Assembly (NCBI GenBank): GCA_018697035.1
Contig: JABHSE010000002.1
Location: forward strand, 155,160-219,159
Reading direction: 5' to 3'
Length of the DNA stretch: 64,000 bases
From: an archaeon
GTDB lineage: Archaea > Nanobdellota > Nanobdellia > Pacearchaeales > GW2011-AR1
Made by a program: the position numbers and the translations under genes. Below are positions 34,960-42,940 of the stretch, piece after piece. The notes beneath the pieces were generated by a model that had not been told where the DNA came from, ran no database searches, and saw nothing but the letters and a program-made list of their open reading frames with translations. Each line of letters starts with the position of its first letter. Within the stretch, counting starts at the first letter, position 1.

Positions 34960-35705
34960 ATATCATATCCCGCCGGAAATACTAAGCTCCGACTCGCAAA
35001 TTTAAATTTATTACCAAATGTCTTATGCTCCAAAACATAAATCGTCGTCCCCTCTCCTCGCTTAATCTTCTCAATGTAATAATCAGGATAATAAAGCATC
35101 ATACTCGAAACATCACTGTCACCATACTTAGTCTCAAACTGCAAAATCGAAGTCGCAATCATAACCATATCATAAACAGGAGCATTAGCTTCAACACTAA
35201 ACCTAGCAAAACTCTGCGACCCAACAGATACAGGCGCATCAATCTCAAGTCGAACAGCTCCAGGTTCAATCTCAACATTATAATCAACCGCACCAGAATC
35301 AACATCATATCCCTCCTCCCTCAAACTAGCCAAACTCGCATCATAACAAGCATCAACATCATCCCTAATTAAAGCCTCTAAATTCTCATCAAACACATTC
35401 TTCAAAAACGGAACCTGCACAACACAAGTCTCATAAAAATTATTAGTATAACAAAGGTAAGTCAACTCCTCTCCATTATACGAATATGTAAAATCAGCCT
35501 CGATAAAACCAGCTTTCCCCTCAAGTTCACTAATCCCACTTTCAAGAGCATCCTCAACACATCCTTCAAATCCCTTTATCCCAACTCCCTCAGAAAAATA
35601 AGTAGGTTGCGCCCACAAAAAGAAAACCAAAAGAACAGATACTATCATAATAGCCACTATAATAAAAATCGTCACCTGTCCCCCTTTTCCGTCAAAACTC
35701 CTCAT
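34956..35705 (-). CDS. class III signal peptide protein (paralog of 40051..40848)
   Basis: MRSFDGKGGQVTIFIIVAIMIVSVLLVFFLW. The C-terminal KFKFASRSLVFPAGYDI matches EFKFAVRSCAFAPGI of the paralog. Confidence 0.65.
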   Translation of the reverse strand: MRSFDGKGGQVTIFIIVAIMIVSVLLVFFLWAQPTYFSEGVGIKGFEGCVEDALESGISELEGKAGFIEADFTYSYNGEELTYLCYTNNFYETCVVQVPFLKNVFDENLEALIRDDVDACYDASLASLREEGYDVDSGAVDYNVEIEPGAVRLEIDAPVSVGSQSFARFSVEANAPVYDMVMIATSILQFETKYGDSDVSSMMLYYPDYYIEKIKRGEGTTIYVLEHKTFGNKFKFASRSLVFPAGYDI

Positions 35706-35739
35706 AATAACTCTAACATTTCCATATTTATAAAATCTC

Positions 35740-36105
35740 TCATCTCAATTCACTCTTCCTAATATACTCAATAAAAGAAAATAACTTCATCTCAAGACCA
35801 ACAACCTTATTATTCAACTCATTAAATCCACCTTCCGTGAGATAATCCAAATCTTTGGCAAGAAACAATTGAGATTCAATTTCTTTAAGACTTCCCATGG
35901 CATTATGCAAGAAAGAAACAAAATCTTTACTAGTCCTCCTACCACACCCCTCAGCAATATTAGAAGAAACACTAACCGCGGCTCTTCTTAGTTGATTAGT
36001 CAATCCATAAATCTCATCTCTAGGAAAATCTCCAGTAGCAACATAAACCAATTTATTCAACTCTCGAGCAATTTTCCAAACATCCAATTTCTTAAAGTCC
36101 CTCAT
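35740..36105 (-). CDS. four-helix-bundle protein (23S rRNA intervening-sequence protein family), second copy
   Basis: FKKLDVWKIARELNKLVYVATGDFPRDEIYGLTNQLRRAAVSVSSNIAEGCGRRTSKDFVSFLHNAMGSLKEIESQ. Low-GC atypical composition. Confidence 0.85.
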   Translation of the reverse strand: MRDFKKLDVWKIARELNKLVYVATGDFPRDEIYGLTNQLRRAAVSVSSNIAEGCGRRTSKDFVSFLHNAMGSLKEIESQLFLAKDLDYLTEGGFNELNNKVVGLEMKLFSFIEYIRKSELR

Positions 36106-36193
36106 ATTATTTACCCAAGTCCCGCGCGTAGCGCTACCATCGCAACGAAGTTGCTACCATCCACTATCGACCCTCCGAAAATGCTTCGCATTT

Positions 36194-39100
36194 TCATACA
36201 GCAACCACCTCAATAGAACACCCGTCAGGCACATTCCCAAAATCATCCTTACATTTGATGTAGTAAGCATTACCATTTATGACACCAATAGAATGCTCTT
36301 CTCCACTTCCAGCATCCTCTCCATCTCCCCAACTAAACCTACAGGTCTCCATAGAATATTTACACTCCGCATCCTCAGTCGTAATGAAATGAAGTCTACT
36401 ACCAGCTTGCCAAACACGAGCGACAATAGGAGTCGAACTGTCTCGAACAATCTCAAACTCCGTCAAACCCCTATCAAAATCTCCAGTCTCATCTCGACAT
36501 TCAACAAAAATTTCATTAGAGCCAGCAGGACGATTCAAACTCTGAACATGCGTTCGACTTTCTCCCGTCTCAAACATTTCAATCATAGTATCATATCCAG
36601 AAAACGAATAAGAACAAAAATGAGAATCCCCACCACCACTAGTCGCAACCTTCAGCTCAATCGTCGTATAATCAGTATTAACCTCAAAATCACTATCAGG
36701 CTCAACTTTGTCAATTGAAATTTTCGAACTAGGCTTCTCTAAACTCAAAACAAAACTCTCCACGTTAGCATTTCTGTCACTGGTTTCATTCTCCCAAGGT
36801 TGATCCATGCATCTAAAATAATAATCCCGACTCGAATTCCCAATATCCAAAACTCCACTACACTCATACCCAAAAACACTCGAAGGTCTCCCCAACAAAT
36901 CAAGACAAACCAAATCATTACTCATACTAGAATACGAGACATCAACTAAGTCCCACCTACATTCCGCAAGCTCATTCGTCACAATCAAAGCACTAACATT
37001 CACAGCATCAAACGAAACAATGTCCCCACTTTCAGGCTCACTGCCAACAACAACCGGCGGCGTCACATCATCTCCCTCAACAACACACATATCAACCTCA
37101 AAAAACTCAGGACTAATCATACCATATCTATCTTGACATTTGATATACAAAGTTAATTCCGAAGTCCAATTCAATCCCTGACTTTCCCCATGACTCGGGT
37201 CTGGCAAACTAAAAACCGTACTATGATTATATGTATAACTATGGCTACCCAATTCGTAACTCATCTCCTCGAACTCATTCGCAACAACATCAAACCGACA
37301 CTGAGCAGGCTCACTTGTCACAATACCAAATTCCAAAGGAGTATAAGCATCAACACATCCACCACCTTCACTAACAACACTAAACCCATTTTCACTATCT
37401 ATATAACTCCCACCCGCAAAACCAATCGCAATATTCCGACGAACAATCGGCGGCGTCACATCGTTAGGATTCCCACTAACACAAAGCTCGTCCCCACTAC
37501 CCTCATTAATAAACTCACATCCAGCACCCAAACTCTCACACCGATATTCCGAACACGGCTTCAATAAGTCCCCATTGCATTCCTCACAAGAGTCACCTCC
37601 GATTGACGCCTGCCACGGCTGACATTCAAACTCAATTTCAATAGGTGGACAATCCGCCATCCCAAAGAATAGGGATAAAACTATAAGGAAAATACCAACC
37701 CAAAGTAAAGCAGTATAAACTGCTGCGGATAACACCTTCGCTCCCATGAGAGCTGCTCCAACCATTCCCCCTCCAATCGACATAAGCATACTACCACCCT
37801 CACTAAGCCCCAACCACTGAGCGAGCATCGCGCCAGCAACCATACCAATCCCAGCACCAATAGCAGCACTAGCAAATCCAGCCATACTAGCACCCTGAGC
37901 TGTAGACCCACCAATACCAGAAGCAAGTTTAGCTCCAACAGGTCCACCTTTAGCTAAAAGATATCCTTTTGCAACCTCCCCTCCAATCAACCCTCCTCCC
38001 TTCAAAACCGCAAATCCCATAACCTTCCCAGTAAAAGCAAAGTTCATCGCCGCTCCAATTCCACTAAGTCCCTGCCCAATCATACTAATATCAAAAGGTT
38101 CATCTTCTTCTGGAGAACCAGGAGCACTAGGTCCTCCCCAGACTCCACCTGCTTCCAAATACTCCGAATAATCCTCAACCTCAGCAAACTGCCCAGGAAT
38201 AGGAAGAGCCAACCTACTCAACGCATCAATCCAATCACCACTAAGAAACATGCCCTCACTCAAAGCCCCATCTCGCCTAATAATATAATTCCCAGACCAC
38301 TCCCCTAAAATATTAACCGATCCACCACAGTCCCCAAGCCCTCGACAAAAATCATTCATCTCCTGCCCAAACGTCTCACCCAGACATCCTTCATTCGCAA
38401 CATATTCACACCCTCCCCACTTTTTCGGTTTCTGAATAACAGTACACTTCTGACTAGCCATCCCACAAAGAGCCTCAGCACTAGTCTGATATCTCTCATC
38501 ATTCAAACTAAAACCTCCCGGATAATCAGGCAAACAAACATCAAAACTAAACTTATTACCAATAACAATATTTTCAACTCTACAATTCAGAGTAGTAGCG
38601 CACTCATCCATCACACTCAATGCATCAGGTCCACCACAAGCAGCAATAGCATCATCAATACATTCCATTTTCTCAAAATCACCAGGATAAAGGGTATAGT
38701 TCCCACAATTTTGAGACAGCCCAGAGACACAGGCCTTATTCGAAGCCGCGCTCTGCTCACTCTCCTTTTTCCCATTCAAATCAATACAGCTCCTCCAATT
38801 ATTGGCAACACAAGCCGCATTCTCAAACTCAACAACCGTCCCATTCACTTCAAACTCCTTTGACTGCACACAAATTTGATTCCGATAATCCGCACAAGGC
38901 TCAATCTGCACAAGACCCTGCGCACAAACATATTTCCAATGCCGAGACCCAACAACATCATCTCCCTCGCCAATCGCCCCATCGTAAACACACCACGATT
39001 CCCCATTTTCATATTCAATCCCATCAAACATACAAGAAGTATCTCGACAATAAAACTCACCGATATCAACTTCGAAACTGTCCTCACTAGCAGAAGCACA

Positions 39101-40054
39101 TATTCCACCCGCAAACCTGTCACAATTTCCGCAACTCGGATTATCCGCATTCCCACCTTCAATATCCTCACTCCCACAAACGTCCTCAGCCTCGGCAACC
39201 ATGTCCCAATAATCCACATCCTCAACCTTTTCAGAATCATAGATATTCGCCCGGTTCCCACAAGAATCCATAAAATAAACCCCATCCTTCCCATCAACAC
39301 AACTAGTCTGCCTAGTCATCTCACAACTAGTATTAAGCGAATCAGAAGTACATAGATAATTATGATTAAAATCCCCATCATAAGAAAAGCAATCCGCCTC
39401 ATTCAAAAATTCACATCCCCCTTCCCCTAAAACACAAGCTCCCATATCCTGGACAGCAGCCAAATACAAACACTCTCCCGCATCAACATCACTCCTCCAA
39501 TCAACAATATCGGTATCTCCAAGCCCCCTGGAATAATCAACTTCACACTGCCCCTTAGTTTCAAAAATAGTTTGTTCCCCTAAAACACAACATCCAAGAG
39601 CAGCTCCAGGCAAATTACAATTAGGGTCATCTATCCAATCCGCTGAGCAAGCGAACTCCAAAACATTCTTGTCATAAATTCCAGCCCCATCATCATAACA
39701 ACATCCCTTTTCACAAAAAGCAGTCTCTTCACAAAGCGCACCCTCAGCAAACGGAGAATCCTCAACACAATTTTCAGGATCAGCAGTTCCACACACCTGT
39801 CCATCAATGCTCAAAAAACAACAACCTACATCATCAGCGCTACTAGAGATAGGATAGCTAGTCCATTTCTCATCCTCAATCAACTCTCCATACGTAAACC
39901 TATCAAGAAAGTCCTGAAGTCTATCCTCTTCCTCGTCTTCAATAGCAGAAACAAACCCAGTCTCATTTAAGCTCACAAAATAGCAAAACGAAAAAAGCAT
40001 TCCAACCATCAAAACCATTTCAAATCCAGCAACAATTCTTCTATTCATCATCAT
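36194..40054 (-). CDS. giant Cys-rich membrane/surface protein (fusion of the 583-aa-like and 729-aa-like modules)
   Basis: ATG at 40054 overlaps the upstream stop (ATGA). It has an N-terminal TM, a Cys-rich ectodomain, a central Gly/Ala-rich TM block, and four C-terminal repeats. The track start 40075 is inside the upstream gene. Confidence 0.7.
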   Translation of the reverse strand: MMMNRRIVAGFEMVLMVGMLFSFCYFVSLNETGFVSAIEDEEEDRLQDFLDRFTYGELIEDEKWTSYPISSSADDVGCCFLSIDGQVCGTADPENCVEDSPFAEGALCEETAFCEKGCCYDDGAGIYDKNVLEFACSADWIDDPNCNLPGAALGCCVLGEQTIFETKGQCEVDYSRGLGDTDIVDWRSDVDAGECLYLAAVQDMGACVLGEGGCEFLNEADCFSYDGDFNHNYLCTSDSLNTSCEMTRQTSCVDGKDGVYFMDSCGNRANIYDSEKVEDVDYWDMVAEAEDVCGSEDIEGGNADNPSCGNCDRFAGGICASASEDSFEVDIGEFYCRDTSCMFDGIEYENGESWCVYDGAIGEGDDVVGSRHWKYVCAQGLVQIEPCADYRNQICVQSKEFEVNGTVVEFENAACVANNWRSCIDLNGKKESEQSAASNKACVSGLSQNCGNYTLYPGDFEKMECIDDAIAACGGPDALSVMDECATTLNCRVENIVIGNKFSFDVCLPDYPGGFSLNDERYQTSAEALCGMASQKCTVIQKPKKWGGCEYVANEGCLGETFGQEMNDFCRGLGDCGGSVNILGEWSGNYIIRRDGALSEGMFLSGDWIDALSRLALPIPGQFAEVEDYSEYLEAGGVWGGPSAPGSPEEDEPFDISMIGQGLSGIGAAMNFAFTGKVMGFAVLKGGGLIGGEVAKGYLLAKGGPVGAKLASGIGGSTAQGASMAGFASAAIGAGIGMVAGAMLAQWLGLSEGGSMLMSIGGGMVGAALMGAKVLSAAVYTALLWVGIFLIVLSLFFGMADCPPIEIEFECQPWQASIGGDSCEECNGDLLKPCSEYRCESLGAGCEFINEGSGDELCVSGNPNDVTPPIVRRNIAIGFAGGSYIDSENGFSVVSEGGGCVDAYTPLEFGIVTSEPAQCRFDVVANEFEEMSYELGSHSYTYNHSTVFSLPDPSHGESQGLNWTSELTLYIKCQDRYGMISPEFFEVDMCVVEGDDVTPPVVVGSEPESGDIVSFDAVNVSALIVTNELAECRWDLVDVSYSSMSNDLVCLDLLGRPSSVFGYECSGVLDIGNSSRDYYFRCMDQPWENETSDRNANVESFVLSLEKPSSKISIDKVEPDSDFEVNTDYTTIELKVATSGGGDSHFCSYSFSGYDTMIEMFETGESRTHVQSLNRPAGSNEIFVECRDETGDFDRGLTEFEIVRDSSTPIVARVWQAGSRLHFITTEDAECKYSMETCRFSWGDGEDAGSGEEHSIGVINGNAYYIKCKDDFGNVPDGCSIEVVAV

Positions 40055-40848
40055 ATCCCCGGCGCAAAAGCACAACTCCTCACAGCAAATTTAAATTCCG
40101 CTCCGGTCCGTCGATCAATTACTCTATATATCTTACTATCAGAATAATCAATTCGCCGAATATCATATTCAGGATAAAGCAACATATAACCATTATACTC
40201 AAAATTACAAAATTGCGACTCACTATTCACGATCTCTCGAGTAACTCGAACCAAATCATAAATCGGCGACATAACCTCAACACCAAAATCATCAAAACTC
40301 TGCACCCCACCCAAACCCGAAACTTCAATATCCTTCATTAAATTAACCTCAATATATCCCGGCAACAAATCAATAGAATAATCAGTCCCACCCCCACTCA
40401 CATCGAAACCTCTATCTTCAAAATCCTCTCTCATCGCATTAAAACAACTCTGCACTTCGATACTTGTATCCTTCACAATCTCTTTTTCAATCTGCATCTC
40501 TAACATCGGATGAAGATTATAACATCCCTGATAATAATCAGCCTGATAACACAAATAATTCCATTCTCGCCCATCATACGAAATCGCCTGTGACGCTAAA
40601 ACCTCACCACCATTCCGCAACATCTTGTCAATCGATTCCTCCACAACATCCCGAACACATCCAACAACAATATCCCGAGGCTCCAAATCACTCGGCTTCA
40701 CACCATCTCCATCCTGCCCCATCAAAAAAACCAAACTCAAAATAGCGACGACAATCACAATACCAATTATAATAAAAATCGTCACCTGTCCCTTTCTGCT
40801 CCTAACTCCTAACTCCCAACTCCCAACTTGTTTTAGCGCATCAGCCAT
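40051..40848 (-). CDS. class III signal peptide protein with heptamer-encoded leader
   Basis: MADALKQVGSWELGVRSRKGQVTIFIIIGIVIVVAILSLVFLMG. 265 aa. Confidence 0.65.
   Translation of the reverse strand: MADALKQVGSWELGVRSRKGQVTIFIIIGIVIVVAILSLVFLMGQDGDGVKPSDLEPRDIVVGCVRDVVEESIDKMLRNGGEVLASQAISYDGREWNYLCYQADYYQGCYNLHPMLEMQIEKEIVKDTSIEVQSCFNAMREDFEDRGFDVSGGGTDYSIDLLPGYIEVNLMKDIEVSGLGGVQSFDDFGVEVMSPIYDLVRVTREIVNSESQFCNFEYNGYMLLYPEYDIRRIDYSDSKIYRVIDRRTGAEFKFAVRSCAFAPGI
40800..40827. repeat. heptamer array TCCTAAC x2 plus TCCCAAC x2
   Basis: Read directly. Occupies codons 8-16 of the 265-aa gene (GSWELGVRS). It is absent from the paralog at 34956..35705. Confidence 0.9.
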
Positions 40849-41018
40849 AAATTCACCCCCACTTTCTTAATCCTATCAATCTTCCCGTCAATCAACAACT
40901 CCATCAAACATTTCTCCGCAGTATTCCAAGATACCCCAAAAAACTCAGCAACCTCACTACTAGTAACAACCCTCTCTTTCTTAATCAACTTAACCAACTC
41001 AACACTATGAACCTTCAT
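40833..41018 (-). CDS. small winged-helix DNA-binding protein at the head of the cluster
   Basis: MKVHSVELVKLIKKERVVTSSEVAEFFGVSWNTAEKCLMELLIDGKIDRIKK. TTTATATA lies about 35-45 nt upstream of ATG 41018; the track start 41081 is TTG. The 3' end overlaps the next gene by 16 nt. Confidence 0.55.
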   Translation of the reverse strand: MKVHSVELVKLIKKERVVTSSEVAEFFGVSWNTAEKCLMELLIDGKIDRIKKVGVNLWLMR

Positions 41019-41101
41019 AATAATATACCTATTAGAATACCTATGAATATCCATATATAAATATTGCCATAAGTTGCTCAAATCTGCAAAATAAAATTTT
41101 A

Positions 41102-41137
41102 GGTTCAGGTGCCCACTCGAAAGAGAAGGGCGGAACC
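41102..41137 (-). terminator. possible PCNA terminator hairpin
   Basis: GGTTC/GAACC plus GCCC/GGGC stems with a 13-nt loop, followed on the minus strand by a T-rich run. Confidence 0.3.
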
Positions 41138-41259
41138 GTTAAGAAATTTTAGTTTGCATTAAATACGATATTTCAAATTGCATTTTTTATTAGAAAATGT
41201 GATTTGAAAGAATCGCTAACTAAGTTTTGATTCCAGGGAACCTTTTTCTAAAAGGGAGC

Positions 41260-41982
41260 CTAATCGTTCTCAACTCGCGGCGCCAAAACAAACCCAATTC
41301 CCATCTTCTCTCCAGGAAAGTCCAGCCTCAAAGGATAGTCGTCAGAAAAATTAACAACAACATTGCCACTAATCTTCATCCCCTTAACAAACTTCATCAA
41401 ATACTCTAAACTATATTTACTACGCCCTTGCCCAAACAACTCCAAATCCCCACCACTAAACTCAGCCCTAGCAGAATTAAGCGTCCCATTTCCCTCAACC
41501 GCAAAAACATCATCCTTCAAAACAAAAGCACAAGAATCCGAAACAACATTAGCATCCTCAACCGCTTGACTAAAATCCCGAGCATTCATCTCAACCCTCG
41601 CCCCAAAATTAAGCTCCGGAATATCCTTGTCCTCAGCACTAACCTCAATCAAAGCCAAACTAAAATTCCTCTTAATCTTATCAAAAACCGTAATCTTCAA
41701 CTTCCCTTCAACCTCTTCTAATGTCACCGAAGCAGCTCCCGAAGCCCTCTTCAAAATCTTCTTCAAATCCCCAAGATTAACCCCCCAAACCTCACTCCCA
41801 ACTTCATATTGAGAAAAAGATTCCTTAGGTAACCTAAAAATAACCAAGGCAACATTAGCCGGATCAACTGCCACCACGCTAAGTCCATCCTCAAGTAACT
41901 TAATCCGAACCTCAACAACAACATTCGAAATAATATCAATAGCGTCCCCCAACAACTTCGGATCATCCAGTTTCAAAATCAT
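41260..41982 (-). CDS. pcn: DNA polymerase sliding clamp PCNA
   Basis: 240 aa. The length and two-domain pattern fit (LSVVAVDPANVALVIF..., SKYSLEYLMKFVKG..., DYPLRLDF). Confidence 0.85.
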   Translation of the reverse strand: MILKLDDPKLLGDAIDIISNVVVEVRIKLLEDGLSVVAVDPANVALVIFRLPKESFSQYEVGSEVWGVNLGDLKKILKRASGAASVTLEEVEGKLKITVFDKIKRNFSLALIEVSAEDKDIPELNFGARVEMNARDFSQAVEDANVVSDSCAFVLKDDVFAVEGNGTLNSARAEFSGGDLELFGQGRSKYSLEYLMKFVKGMKISGNVVVNFSDDYPLRLDFPGEKMGIGFVLAPRVEND

Positions 41983-42335
41983 TCCAATGTTCCTCCAAGC
42001 CTAGAAGCTGGAGACTTCCTAGATCGAATGAGATCATATTTTGTACCATGCAAACTTTGAACACGCATAACTATATCTCCGTTAATTTCACACATTTTAG
42101 AGGAAAATCCATGTTTACCCAGGTCTCCGCATGTAGAATAAGAAAACACATCATCTTCATCCTTAGGAAAAATAGCAAATCGATCATTTTCAGAATCTTT
42201 TATAACATAAAACTTAATCCTAGGACTATCTGTCCTACTTGTAATATTAATATTCATAGAACCAATATCCACATATGCAAGAGCTCTTCCAAATTCACTG
42301 CCACGAAAATCACCTATGCCTTCACGAAATCTCAT
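41979..42335 (-). CDS. hypothetical protein (compositionally atypical)
   Basis: 118 aa. Its stop overlaps the PCNA ATG. T-rich low-GC plus strand. Confidence 0.45.
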   Translation of the reverse strand: MRFREGIGDFRGSEFGRALAYVDIGSMNINITSRTDSPRIKFYVIKDSENDRFAIFPKDEDDVFSYSTCGDLGKHGFSSKMCEINGDIVMRVQSLHGTKYDLIRSRKSPASRLGGTLE

Positions 42336-42395
42336 ACTCCAAAAACCCCAACTTCTTATTTAAAGATTATTATACTACAATTCAAAAATAAAATA

Positions 42396-42740
42396 TCAAC
42401 TGTTTTTAGGAGAGGAATAGAAATTAAAGACATCGCCATCTGAATTTTTTAATCCAAGGACTCCTTGATGGCTATGAGAAAAAGAAAATCCAACTTCACA
42501 TTTCCTTTCACTATCATCAACTAGTCCAATAATTTTAAGTGGTAAATAATTTTCCCTTCTAATGGAATAGGTATTTTTATTTTCACCTTGTTCATTTTCT
42601 ATATAAACTTTAACTTCATCCGTATTTTTATCAATAGGTCCCAGTTCTCCAGGAAGTGCGTCTAATTTTTCCAAAAAAGAGGCGGTATCTCTATGATTCA
42701 TATCAGGAAAATACAAATTGATAGATTCAGCCAGTTTCAT
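42396..42740 (-). CDS. hypothetical protein (compositionally atypical)
   Basis: 114 aa, same composition as its neighbour. Confidence 0.45.
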   Translation of the reverse strand: MKLAESINLYFPDMNHRDTASFLEKLDALPGELGPIDKNTDEVKVYIENEQGENKNTYSIRRENYLPLKIIGLVDDSERKCEVGFSFSHSHQGVLGLKNSDGDVFNFYSSPKNS

Positions 42741-42940
42741 AAGTGAAGGGAGTTTGATTTCTTTTTAATTATTGTTGTGGTAAAATATATGATATTTGGT
42801 ACGACATTATTTCCAATTCATCCGTACTCCCTTAAGTTTAGTTATTTAACACCTAATAATAACAAAAGTCAAAACAGCCTATGACCAATTTCCCACATCA
42901 CCACAACAATCCCTAAAAACTCAAAACCCCATATCTCATA

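Noticed and set aside
26031-40827. Heptamer arrays as a CRISPR array
   Set aside because: The units are 7 nt and directly abutting. There are no spacers, no 24-40-nt repeats and no cas genes.
41102-41137. tRNA-like or ncRNA gene in the PCNA/wHTH spacer
   Set aside because: It is a single imperfect hairpin only. It is more simply a terminator, so I kept it as a low-confidence feature.
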